Both the position numbers and the translations under genes were made by a program. This document shows, piece after piece, positions 49,828-59,684 of a DNA stretch of 64,000 nucleotides. Every line of letters begins with the position of its first letter. Positions within the stretch are counted from its first letter, which is position 1. The notes below the pieces were generated by a model. That model searched no databases and was not told the origin of the DNA. It worked only from the letters and a program-made list of their open reading frames with translations. Source of the DNA: Promethearchaeota archaeon (GTDB lineage: Archaea > Asgardarchaeota > Lokiarchaeia > Sigyniarchaeales > SOKP01); assembly GCA_019057865.1 (NCBI GenBank), contig JAHLWP010000015.1, forward strand, positions 1-64,000. The letters run 5' to 3'.

Positions 49828-50832
49828 ATGACACTTCATATAGAAACAAGAAAAGTGCAAAAAACAGGTGGATCAAGTTATATTATTTCATTACCAAAAG
49901 TTTGGATAGAAAAACATGGTATTGAAAAAAAAGATACTTTAGGTATCCTTAGTCAACCCGATGGGAATTTATTAATTACTCCTAATATAAACTCGGAAGA
50001 ATATATAAAGAGCAAGAATTTTGATGTAGATGGCATAACTGATCCCCCATATCTATTTCGACTTTTAATTGGAGCATATATTATGGGATATACGATCATT
50101 ACGATTACATCTAGTAAAAGGTTCGAGCCAATCATAAGAGATTGTATAAGAAATTTTACTAAAATAGCTATTGGACCAGAAATAATAGAAGAAACAAATC
50201 AAAGAATATTAATAAAGGATTTGCTCAATCCCAAAGAGATGCCATTCGAAAGAACGATAAAAAGAATGTATATTTTAGCTCAAACTATGCATGAAGATGC
50301 TATAAGGGCTTTAGAGACTGGTGATAAAGAATTAGCAAAAGAAGTTATTGAAAGAGATAATGAAATTGATAGATTACATTGGTTAGTAGGTCGTCAATCG
50401 CATATCGTACTTCGAGATATAATATTATGTCAAAAAATGGGTATTACATTAGAAGATGCCAGTCATTATCAGTTTATGAGTAAATTTTTAGAGCGTATTG
50501 GAGATCACGCAGTTAATATAGCAAAAAATTTATTATTAATTGATTATAAAAAAGTTGACAAGAAATTATTAGAAAATATTTCAAATGTTAGTAAATTTTC
50601 CTTAGAATTGCTCGATGTCAGTTTGGATGCTTGGCAACAAAAAAATATTAAAATTGCAAATGAAAATATAGAGAAAATTAAGAATTTAACAGATGAATGT
50701 GAAAAAATCATAACTACAACAGAAAATAATGTAGAAATATCAGTTCCACTTGGATATATAATTGAAAGTATTAGAAGAACCGGAGAATATTCTGCTGATA
50801 TATCAGAAATTATTATAAATAATCTAATCTGA
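49828..50832 (+). CDS. phoU: Archaeal PhoU with N-terminal AbrB-like DNA-binding domain
   Basis: RKVQKTGGSSYIISLPK.W; D.EIDRL; LERIGDHA.NI; R.GEYS.DISE. Confidence 0.92.
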   Translation: MTLHIETRKVQKTGGSSYIISLPKVWIEKHGIEKKDTLGILSQPDGNLLITPNINSEEYIKSKNFDVDGITDPPYLFRLLIGAYIMGYTIITITSSKRFEPIIRDCIRNFTKIAIGPEIIEETNQRILIKDLLNPKEMPFERTIKRMYILAQTMHEDAIRALETGDKELAKEVIERDNEIDRLHWLVGRQSHIVLRDIILCQKMGITLEDASHYQFMSKFLERIGDHAVNIAKNLLLIDYKKVDKKLLENISNVSKFSLELLDVSLDAWQQKNIKIANENIEKIKNLTDECEKIITTTENNVEISVPLGYIIESIRRTGEYSADISEIIINNLI

Positions 50833-50872
50833 ATTATTTAATCTCAAATTTGAAAGTAATTTATATTAAGAA

Positions 50873-51157
50873 TTAGAGTTGATAGTCTCTTCTTAACCCA
50901 ATAAGGGTTGTTGTTGCTTCAGTCCATTGTTGTAACTCCTCATCACTTCTAAAAAAAGAGATAATTTTTTCCATATCTTCTAGGTTATTAATAACACATT
51001 CTACTAACAAATCCCACGCTCCGTATAATGGGGTTGCGTATGTAATTTTCCAATCCTCATCCGAGCTAATCGGTCTTAATTGCTGTATTTTTTCAATAAC
51101 TTTCAGCTGAGTCCCAATTATTTTTAGCCGGATTAGAATATATCCACGAAAATAAAT
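50873..51157 (-). CDS. Stand-alone Lrp/AsnC ligand-binding (RAM)-like domain, 94 aa, ATT start
   Basis: (M)YFRGYILIRL...YATPLYGAWDLLVE...TEATTTLIG; absent from the ORF track; no ATG/GTG/TTG between the upstream TAA and codon 50. Confidence 0.75.
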   Translation of the reverse strand: MYFRGYILIRLKIIGTQLKVIEKIQQLRPISSDEDWKITYATPLYGAWDLLVECVINNLEDMEKIISFFRSDEELQQWTEATTTLIGLRRDYQL

Positions 51158-51260
51158 TTTAAGAGCACCGTGATTGTTTTACGTAGAATATTAATATATT
51201 AGTTTTAATCTTAATTAATAATTTTTTAATAAGCACTTAAATTTGGTTTTTCATAATGAT

Positions 51261-54200
51261 CTACCAATAAATTTCTTTTAATGAATCATGATATTCATTA
51301 AGAGATTTAATTTCTATTTTTTTCTTACGAACATTTTCAATTGCTTCTACAATTGCTTTAGCTAACTGTAAATTAATAATAACCGGGATATTATAATCTA
51401 CTGCCATCCTTCTAATTTGATACTCATCTTCTATTACTTGTCGGAACTTTTCTTCTATGGTTGTTGGTAGGGGGATATTGATCACCATATCGATTCTCCC
51501 ATCTACCATGCACTCCTTTATATTTGGTTCCATTCCACGATCGCTTACTTTATATAGTTTTACAGCAGGAATTCCCTTTTCTTTAAGCGATTTTGCCGTG
51601 TGTTCTGTAGCAAAAATGGTGAATCCTAAGGTTATGAGCTTTTTAGCGATTGGTATAATTTGTGTCTTTAATTCGTCTCCACCAACCGAGATTAAAACAT
51701 TACCACCATCCACTGGAATGTACTGTTCTGCGGCCTCTAACGCTTTCATCAGAGCATCGGGGAGGTCTTCACCTATACATGCAACCTCTCCCGTAGAATT
51801 CATTTCTACAGAGAGAATTGGATCTGCGTTGTCTAAACGCATGAAAGAAAACATTGGGGATTTTACTGCGACAAAATCTCCATAAGGTAGATTTAATAAC
51901 CTTTCGGGGATTTTTTCGCCCATTATAACTTCAGCAGCTAATTTCATCAAATTAATTCCTCTCACTTTAGAGACATAAGGCATGCTTCTACTCGAACGTA
52001 GATTCATTTCGATTACAAATACTCCCTCATTTTTAACCAAGTATTGAATGTTAAAAGGTCCCATGACTTTTAGCGCTAAAGCAATTCTTCTAGTATAATC
52101 TTCTATAGTTTCTTTTACTTTATCAGAGATCGTGATAGGAGGGATTGACATTGTTGCATCACCTGAATGGACGCCCGCATTCTCAATATGTTCTACTATC
52201 GCTCCAATAAGAACTCTATCTCCATCACATATTCCATCACACTCTACTTCTCGAGAATCTGTAAAAAATTTCGTAATTACTACGGGATATTCTCTTGAAA
52301 CTGCTGCCGCTAAATCTAATGTGTCTATCAACGTTTTTTCATCATAAGAAACCCTCATTGCTGCACCACTTAATACATAAGAAGGTCTTACAAGAACTGG
52401 ATATCCAACCTTTCTAGCAAATGTCAGAGCTTCATCTGGAGTTGTTAACATAGCCCACTCAGGTTGCTTTATACCTAATTGATCTAATAAACTACTGAAC
52501 TTTGCTCTATCTTCTGCCATATCTACTCGGGAGCCATGAGTCCCCAAGATATTAATACCAGCTTTACGATAGGATTCAGAATACTTAGCAAATTTAGCAG
52601 CAAGGTTTTGAGCAATTTGGCCTCCAGCGTTTAAAACGATGCCTTGAGCTTTTTCAAGTTCAGCAATATCTAGAACTCTTTCACCAGAAAGTTCTTCGAA
52701 ATAAAGACGGTCAACTAAGTCATAATCAGTGCTAACTGTTTCTGGATTATAATTTATCATAATTGCTTTATCTACTCCCAATTTCTGGAGGCCCCATAAG
52801 CAATTAACGCTTCCCCAGTCGAATTCACAACTACTACCGATTCTATATGTACCACAACCTAAAACTATTACCTTTTTTAGATTATCTTTTGTTTCTTGTT
52901 CATAATCGATGTCGTGTTTATTACCCCAATAAGTAAGATATAGGTACTGTCTTGTAGGAACAACTTGACCTGCTAGAGTATCAATTTGTTTTACATATGG
53001 AACTATGTTGTATCTCTTTCTAAGTCTCCTTATCGTTGGACTGTCAGTCCCTAAAATGTGAGCAATCTGTCCGTCAGAAAAACCATATTTCTTTGCTCTC
53101 AATATCCAATATTGCTTCTTATCATCAGAAGATTCTAGTAAATTTAATTTTTTAAGCTGTTCTTCTATGCTAACAATATTTTTTAACTTATAAAGAAACC
53201 ACTTATCAACCTTCGATCTTTCATAAATTTCATCAATACTTATTTCCCTTTTAATAGCTTCTCCAATTCTTATGAATCTTAGATCTGTGGGATTTCTTAG
53301 CTCGTATTTCAATTCATTAATATCATCAATTGGTTTAATATCATTACCTACAAAACCTCGCAGTCCGATGTCAAGCATACGGATTGCTTTTTGGCAAACT
53401 TCTTCAAAATTACGCCCTATACTCATGCATTCCCCAACGCCTTTCATTTGTGGACCGATTCGACGGTCTACATTCTTAAATTTTGTCAGATCCCACCGGG
53501 GATATTTCATAACCATATAATCTGTTGCAGGCTCAAAATTTGCAGTAGTTTTAAGAGTGATTTGATTCAATAACTCAGGTATGTTATAACCAATTGCGAT
53601 TTTCGCCGCTATATATGCCAATGGATAACCAGTAGCTTTTGATGCAAGTGCGGAAGACCTTGATAATCGGGCATTAATCTCAATTGCTCTATGCTCCTTT
53701 GAAAAGGGATCAAGAGCCCATTGAATATTGCACTCTCCACATACTCCTACTCCCTTTGTCGCTCTAATCGATGCTGACCTTAGCATTTGTAGTTCTTCAT
53801 CTGGAAGGGTTTGAGCTGGAGCAACTACAATACTATCTCCTGTGTGAATCCCACAGGGATCTATATTTTCCATACTGCAGTTAATAAAACAATTATCTTC
53901 GGCATCTCGAAGAATTTCAAATTCGATTTCCTTCCATCCCCAGACACTTTCCTCAATTAAGATTTGATTAATTCTTGATTGAGCAAGCCCTCTTTTAGCT
54001 AATCTTTCAAATTTGTCCCAATTATAAATAAATGCAGAGCCTTGACCTCCCAATACATATCCAACCCTCAACATTATAGGAAATCCAATTTCTTTTGCAG
54101 CTTTTACAGCATCTTTATAACTATTTACTGCAACACTTCTACAAACAGGGCAATCTGCATCATTCATTGCTTTGACAAACAAATTTCTGTCTTCTGTTGC

Positions 54201-54572
54201 TTCTATAGCTTCTACAGGAGTTCCACATACTTTCACATCATATTTCTCCAAAATTCCAGCTTCATTTAGTTCTACGCCTACATTAAGACCTGTTTGCCCT
54301 CCAAAGGCTAAGCAAATTCCATCGGGTCTTTCTTTTTTAATTATTTCTTCGACGTATTTAACATTAATCGGGAGTAAATAAACGCGATGGCTCATATGAG
54401 GGTCTGTTTGTATTGTAGCAATATTTGGGTTGACGAGGATTGTTTTTATGTCTTCTTCATTCAATGCCTTTAAGACTTGAGAACCGCTATAATCGAATTC
54501 TCCTGCTTGTCCGATCCTCACAGCTCCAGAACCTAATATTATAACTTTCTTTAATGATTCATCTAATGGCAC
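51261..54572 (-). CDS. carB: Carbamoyl-phosphate synthase large subunit
   Basis: GQAGEFDYSGSQ, two ATP-grasp domains (HTGDS, HSGDA), C-terminal MGS domain. Confidence 0.97.
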   Translation of the reverse strand: MPLDESLKKVIILGSGAVRIGQAGEFDYSGSQVLKALNEEDIKTILVNPNIATIQTDPHMSHRVYLLPINVKYVEEIIKKERPDGICLAFGGQTGLNVGVELNEAGILEKYDVKVCGTPVEAIEATEDRNLFVKAMNDADCPVCRSVAVNSYKDAVKAAKEIGFPIMLRVGYVLGGQGSAFIYNWDKFERLAKRGLAQSRINQILIEESVWGWKEIEFEILRDAEDNCFINCSMENIDPCGIHTGDSIVVAPAQTLPDEELQMLRSASIRATKGVGVCGECNIQWALDPFSKEHRAIEINARLSRSSALASKATGYPLAYIAAKIAIGYNIPELLNQITLKTTANFEPATDYMVMKYPRWDLTKFKNVDRRIGPQMKGVGECMSIGRNFEEVCQKAIRMLDIGLRGFVGNDIKPIDDINELKYELRNPTDLRFIRIGEAIKREISIDEIYERSKVDKWFLYKLKNIVSIEEQLKKLNLLESSDDKKQYWILRAKKYGFSDGQIAHILGTDSPTIRRLRKRYNIVPYVKQIDTLAGQVVPTRQYLYLTYWGNKHDIDYEQETKDNLKKVIVLGCGTYRIGSSCEFDWGSVNCLWGLQKLGVDKAIMINYNPETVSTDYDLVDRLYFEELSGERVLDIAELEKAQGIVLNAGGQIAQNLAAKFAKYSESYRKAGINILGTHGSRVDMAEDRAKFSSLLDQLGIKQPEWAMLTTPDEALTFARKVGYPVLVRPSYVLSGAAMRVSYDEKTLIDTLDLAAAVSREYPVVITKFFTDSREVECDGICDGDRVLIGAIVEHIENAGVHSGDATMSIPPITISDKVKETIEDYTRRIALALKVMGPFNIQYLVKNEGVFVIEMNLRSSRSMPYVSKVRGINLMKLAAEVIMGEKIPERLLNLPYGDFVAVKSPMFSFMRLDNADPILSVEMNSTGEVACIGEDLPDALMKALEAAEQYIPVDGGNVLISVGGDELKTQIIPIAKKLITLGFTIFATEHTAKSLKEKGIPAVKLYKVSDRGMEPNIKECMVDGRIDMVINIPLPTTIEEKFRQVIEDEYQIRRMAVDYNIPVIINLQLAKAIVEAIENVRKKKIEIKSLNEYHDSLKEIYW

Positions 54573-54577
54573 GCTTT

Positions 54578-55711
54578 TTACACATCCATAAGTTCAATAA
54601 ATTTATTAAATATTTGTTCTTTCATATCTAATGCACCTGGAGATGCTTCAGGGTTAAATGCTACCGAAAATATCGGTTTGCTCTCGTGGATGAGTCCTTC
54701 ATTTGTATTATCATCTTTATCATGGAAGAATTGCTTAAAACCATCTTTTTCAACATCCTTTAAGCAAAAAACGTGATTTTGAAAAGTAATATAACAATTT
54801 TCTGTCCCACTCTCAACTGTTGTTCTACCGCCTCGATGTTCAGCAGTTAATTTATAACAAGTAGCTCCGGAAGCAAGCCCCATAATAAAATTTCCCATTC
54901 CAATTCCCATTGTAGGAACTGAATTCTTTATTAAATTCTTTACAACTTCAATAGGTTCGTTATAGATATTAGGATTTCCAGGACCGTTTGTTATTAATAC
55001 ACCATTAGGTTTGAGTTCCATTATTTTATCATAAGAATAATTATAAGGAACTACAACTACCTCAATGTTTTTGGATAGTAAAGTTCTTAAAATATTATTT
55101 TTAACACCTAAATCTAAAACTACAACAGAACCTTTTGGATTATTAAGCGTGATCGTTTTAACTTCTTTAATAGATACAGTATCTATAAGATTTGTATTAA
55201 TTGGATCTTCAATATTTTGAACCTCTGCTTTTAACGCATCAATATTTGGTTTCTGACCTTCCTTTAAAACTTGAATTAATCCTAATTTACTACCACTTAC
55301 GACAAATTCTTGAGTAATCCTTCTAGTATCGATCCATTGGATACCAGGAATATTTTCTTCAATTAACCATTCTTCTAGAGTCCTAACACTTTCATAATGA
55401 CTTGGATCAACACAGTATTCATTGACAATCAAACCCTTTATTTTGATAGAATCTGATTCAAACTGTTTAAGTATTCCAAACTCGTCTTCTACCTTATCTG
55501 GAACTCCATAATTGCCTATAGAAGGATATGTAAAGAGCACAATCTGATCTTTATAGGTTGGATCTGTAAGAATCTCTACATATCCTGATCCTGGAATAGT
55601 CGAAAATGTTATTTCACCGGAAACTTTTTCATTAGCACCAAAACCTAACCCTTCAAAATAGGTTCCATCTTGGAACATTAAAATAGCGGGTCTTTCTTTT
55701 TTATAAAGCAT
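54578..55711 (-). CDS. carA: Carbamoyl-phosphate synthase small subunit, catalytic Cys/His lost
   Basis: GE..F.T..GY.E.LTDP.Y..Q...TYP.IGNYG; NGPGNP; GIGMG in place of GICLG; FNPE in place of FHPE. Confidence 0.93.
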   Translation of the reverse strand: MLYKKERPAILMFQDGTYFEGLGFGANEKVSGEITFSTIPGSGYVEILTDPTYKDQIVLFTYPSIGNYGVPDKVEDEFGILKQFESDSIKIKGLIVNEYCVDPSHYESVRTLEEWLIEENIPGIQWIDTRRITQEFVVSGSKLGLIQVLKEGQKPNIDALKAEVQNIEDPINTNLIDTVSIKEVKTITLNNPKGSVVVLDLGVKNNILRTLLSKNIEVVVVPYNYSYDKIMELKPNGVLITNGPGNPNIYNEPIEVVKNLIKNSVPTMGIGMGNFIMGLASGATCYKLTAEHRGGRTTVESGTENCYITFQNHVFCLKDVEKDGFKQFFHDKDDNTNEGLIHESKPIFSVAFNPEASPGALDMKEQIFNKFIELMDV

Positions 55712-55811
55712 CTTAAAATAAAGATAACTATTATTTTTTTTTAAAATTGATTATTAATGTGTTAAATAAAAAATAAAAAGAATAATCTCAATGAAAAAGA
55801 AATCTAACAGA

Positions 55812-56849
55812 TTATTGTTTGCTAATTGAAAAATAATACTCTTTATAAGTGATTTTAATAGCTTGAAAAATTGATTCTAAATCTATATCTTCAAAATTAG
55901 ACCACCACGAATAAATTTTGGTGTCAGATTTTTCTAAATCTTTAGATTCTTGTATAGATATTACATTTTGATCAATTAAAAAAGAGGGATTCAATATATC
56001 CTCAGCACCTTCTTCTAAATCTACTAAGTTTTGAAGCATACATTCAAGTAAATCATCATAAAATAGAATGGGGATATATTTTTTTTCTCTAGGTCTCAAT
56101 TCATTTAATAGAATATTCTGTTCGTCTTTATTTGTGGGAAAGCCCCTCTCATGAAGGTTAAAAACTTCTATATCTATAATTTCAGGATGATATTGAGTCT
56201 GTTTTACTTTTTCCCTCTTCTGACGGATCATTACTTCTTTTACTTGGAAAAGTAAAACATTTCTTTGCCTTCCTCTTATCTCAACAAGAATTGAATTTTC
56301 ATCAATTCTTTTATTACAAATGTCTGTAATTATTTGGCAATATTCGGTAGCAGCTTTCACAAGATCCTCTTCATCTAACTTTGCTTTTAACATTGTATTC
56401 AAATAAGCTCTTAAAAAAGCTGAAAAATCTTCTTCTAAACGGTATAAATTTCCATAAAGATACCTAGTGGAATTCCACCACTTAATTGCCCGTTCGATTG
56501 AAAGAGGAGTAAAGAAATTTTCTCGAGCTCTAACCTCAGTGAAATATAATAATTTTTCTATTCCAAGCTGAATAAATGGATTTGGGTTGATTGCTGCTGC
56601 CAGATCTTCCCCGATCGTAATAGATATCGGTTCCCTTGGTCGAATTAGAATTGAATTTTCAGCATTATAAACACGATCAACTCTCATTGGTAAAGGCATT
56701 ATTGGATTGGATTTAATAGATTTTATTATCTCGACATATTGAGGTTGTTTTAAACCTGAAGTATCTGCTTGGAACACATCAACAAAAAAGAAAAACGGTG
56801 CAGCGTCATATTTGTAAGTTTTAAATTTATGTATACTTATAAGGTTCAC
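55812..56849 (-). CDS. Hypothetical protein
   Basis: 345-aa ORF, no recognised motif. Confidence 0.75.
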   Translation of the reverse strand: MNLISIHKFKTYKYDAAPFFFFVDVFQADTSGLKQPQYVEIIKSIKSNPIMPLPMRVDRVYNAENSILIRPREPISITIGEDLAAAINPNPFIQLGIEKLLYFTEVRARENFFTPLSIERAIKWWNSTRYLYGNLYRLEEDFSAFLRAYLNTMLKAKLDEEDLVKAATEYCQIITDICNKRIDENSILVEIRGRQRNVLLFQVKEVMIRQKREKVKQTQYHPEIIDIEVFNLHERGFPTNKDEQNILLNELRPREKKYIPILFYDDLLECMLQNLVDLEEGAEDILNPSFLIDQNVISIQESKDLEKSDTKIYSWWSNFEDIDLESIFQAIKITYKEYYFSISKQ

Positions 56850-56907
56850 CAGAACATAATTAATAAAAAAATAATTCTATTTAGAAAATTAAAAAAAAGA
56901 AATAAAG

Positions 56908-58074
56908 TTATTTCATATCTACAAAATTTCCACTTTTAAATAAATCACATGGTTTTAGGTATTCACTCCCAATCTCTTCAGAAATATTTATCAATCTCTT
57001 AAGATATTTCTCATAATTTTTTATCCCTTCGCCAAAAGGACCGGGAAAATTCATACCAGCCATATTGGCATCATCAATAACTTTCCAACCACTTGCGATG
57101 CCTTCTTCCAATATTCGACATCCTTCATTGAGGCGAATGGCAAGAATCACATCATGATCAACCAATCCTGCTTTTTGAATTTTAGAAAAATCTGGTTTTG
57201 GTCTTCCTTTTGACCAATCATAAAATCCGAGTCCTGTTTTTCTGCCTAATTTTCCTTCATTAAACATTTTGGTTAATGCTTTTCCTGGTCTGAAATCCTC
57301 GTGCAATGTTTCAGCATAATAATTTCGTCCATGGTATGCGGTATCAATACCAGTATAATCAATTAAAACGAGAGGAGACATTGGTCCTCCGCTCCCATAA
57401 TCTGCATCTAAAGACTCAAATGGAATTCCTTTTTCAAAACAAGTATCAAGAAGATAATTAAAATATATTGAACCTGGTGCATTGAGTCTGTTTACAATAA
57501 ATCCCGGTCTATCTTTTAATACTTTTGCTATATATCGTTCTCCTCTAAGGCATGGTAAACTTTTGCTTACTTCTATTCCTATTTCCATGGATTCTTCAGA
57601 AGATTTTTCACCTGCTATAACTTCAATTAATTTCATTAGCGGAGCTGGATTAAAGAAATGCATACCGATACATTTATCTTCTCTATTAGTTACAGTTGCC
57701 ATTTCTGTTACAGACATAGTTGAAGTATTTGAAGCAATTATACAGTGCAAGGGAGCATTATTATCGCAAATTTTGAAAATCTCTTTCTTAACATCCATTT
57801 TTTCAACTACGGCTTCAATGATATAGTCTGCATTTTTTACGGCATAAGATAAATCTAATGTAGTGTTTAATCGTGCCATATTTTCTGCTAATGATAACTT
57901 TCCTTTAGCTTCAAGTCTTTTCAACCCATCTTCAATGCTAGCAACACCTTTATCGATAAATTCTTGCTTTATATCCACCACAGTAACGTTATATCCTGCC
58001 ATTAGAGAAATCTGAGCTATACCAGAACCCATTAACCCAACACCAATAACTACAATATTCTTAACATCACTCAT
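56908..58074 (-). CDS. 3-hydroxyacyl-CoA dehydrogenase
   Basis: GVGLMGSGIA, EAVVE, SNTS, GMHFFNP, GFIVNR, G.LGRKTG.GFY. Confidence 0.93.
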   Translation of the reverse strand: MSDVKNIVVIGVGLMGSGIAQISLMAGYNVTVVDIKQEFIDKGVASIEDGLKRLEAKGKLSLAENMARLNTTLDLSYAVKNADYIIEAVVEKMDVKKEIFKICDNNAPLHCIIASNTSTMSVTEMATVTNREDKCIGMHFFNPAPLMKLIEVIAGEKSSEESMEIGIEVSKSLPCLRGERYIAKVLKDRPGFIVNRLNAPGSIYFNYLLDTCFEKGIPFESLDADYGSGGPMSPLVLIDYTGIDTAYHGRNYYAETLHEDFRPGKALTKMFNEGKLGRKTGLGFYDWSKGRPKPDFSKIQKAGLVDHDVILAIRLNEGCRILEEGIASGWKVIDDANMAGMNFPGPFGEGIKNYEKYLKRLINISEEIGSEYLKPCDLFKSGNFVDMK

Positions 58075-58142
58075 CTTAATCTAAACCAACTTTTTAAAGA
58101 TTTTTACCATAATAAATGCTTATTTGCAATAAAATCTATTGA

Positions 58143-59072
58143 TTATGGATTTTTTTTAATGAAATCGACTATAAGTTCAGCTAGCTCAGAACCTTTATCT
58201 TCTTGTACAAAATGACCTGCACCTTTAATCGTTGTGTGATTTTGCCCTTGACATCCTGGAACAATCTTCTGCCAAAATCTCTCTCCACCTCTGGTGATTG
58301 GATCACTATCAGAAAATGCTGTCAAAAATGGCTTGCTCCATTTACTAAATTTTTCTATAGCATTTTTATTTGCTTTATGTTCTGGGTCATCTTTACTAAT
58401 CGGGACTAATGAGGGCATAATTCGAGCACCAGCTTTGAAAGAGTCATCAGGAAATGGATCATCATATCCTCTTAAAATGTCATCTGATAATTGAGTTGTT
58501 GTACCTCCCTGAATGATTGCTTTTATATCAAAAACAGGAGAACTTCTTGAAAATTCTCGCCATTTTAAAAAGGCATTGGACATTCTTTGCTCTCCCGTGG
58601 GAAGTCCACCATTAGACAAAACAATTCTCTTAAAACGATCTTGATTTTCTATAGCTACCCGTAATCCTATTAATGATCCCCAATCTTGACAAAACAAGGT
58701 GATATTACGAAGTTTAAGTAGTTTCACCCATTCTGTAATCCATTCTACATGCTTACGATAAGTATGGTCACTTTTTTCTGTTGGTTTATCAGATTTACCA
58801 AATCCTACTAAATCTGGTGCTAATATCCTATAGCCAGCATTTATAAAAACAGGAATCATATGTCTATATAAAAAACACCAGGAAGGTTCTCCATGCATCA
58901 GTAAAATACATTCTGTATTTGATCCTTCATCTAAATAATGAATTCTGATACCATCAACATCGATATAATTAGGCTTATAGGGAAATTTAGGAAGATTTTC
59001 AAATCTTTCTTCTGGTGTACGTAATAATTTCATACTTTTTACCTTTTCATTCTTTAATTCTTGGTGGAACAT
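58143..59072 (-). CDS. Haloalkane dehalogenase (alpha/beta hydrolase)
   Basis: LRTPEERF, HGEPSW, QDWG, D.DP, AGHFVQED; start may be 59033. Confidence 0.88.
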   Translation of the reverse strand: MFHQELKNEKVKSMKLLRTPEERFENLPKFPYKPNYIDVDGIRIHYLDEGSNTECILLMHGEPSWCFLYRHMIPVFINAGYRILAPDLVGFGKSDKPTEKSDHTYRKHVEWITEWVKLLKLRNITLFCQDWGSLIGLRVAIENQDRFKRIVLSNGGLPTGEQRMSNAFLKWREFSRSSPVFDIKAIIQGGTTTQLSDDILRGYDDPFPDDSFKAGARIMPSLVPISKDDPEHKANKNAIEKFSKWSKPFLTAFSDSDPITRGGERFWQKIVPGCQGQNHTTIKGAGHFVQEDKGSELAELIVDFIKKNP

Positions 59073-59128
59073 AACCTATTTTATATCCACCTAATTTATT
59101 TTATTAAACTGTGAGCTTTTATAAGCTT

Positions 59129-59683
59129 TTATTTTTTTGGTTTGAAAATTATTGCCGGTTTAGTTCTCTCAGAATAAGTAAAATTATCTGCTTCTTTAAT
59201 GTCGCCATATTTTGCTTTAAGTTCTTCTAAATTACCGGCATAGAGAGCTCTAGGTCGGCATGTCTGAACACATACTGGTATTTTATTTTCTAAGTTTCTA
59301 TCTAAACAAAAAGTGCACTTTCGCATCTTCGCTCCTTTTTGGGGTCCAAATTGTGGCGCATCGTAAGGACATGCCTTTAAGCATTTAGAATCACATTCCT
59401 CATTACCTAAGCATTTAATGCTATCCACAATTACTATTCCATCTTCTCCTCTTTTTGTTATAGCATTAACAGGACAAACAGGGATGCAGACAGGATCTTC
59501 GCAATGATAACATGGTCTTATTAAATAACTTACAAAAACATTTGGAGTCTTTCCTTTTTCGTTATATAGTACGTTCATCCAAAATTCTGGTCCTGCCGTA
59601 ACGTCATTCCAATCTTTGCAGGCGACTATGCATGCAGCACATCCTGTACATCGCGTTTGATCAAAATAGAAACCAATCTGCAT
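59129..59683 (-). CDS. dmsB: DmsB-like 4Fe-4S electron-transfer subunit
   Basis: CTGC.AC..ACK, CYHCEDP.C..VCP, C.GN..C...C..ACPY, KCTFC...P.CV..C. Confidence 0.85.
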   Translation of the reverse strand: MQIGFYFDQTRCTGCAACIVACKDWNDVTAGPEFWMNVLYNEKGKTPNVFVSYLIRPCYHCEDPVCIPVCPVNAITKRGEDGIVIVDSIKCLGNEECDSKCLKACPYDAPQFGPQKGAKMRKCTFCLDRNLENKIPVCVQTCRPRALYAGNLEELKAKYGDIKEADNFTYSERTKPAIIFKPKK

Positions 59684-59684
59684 T

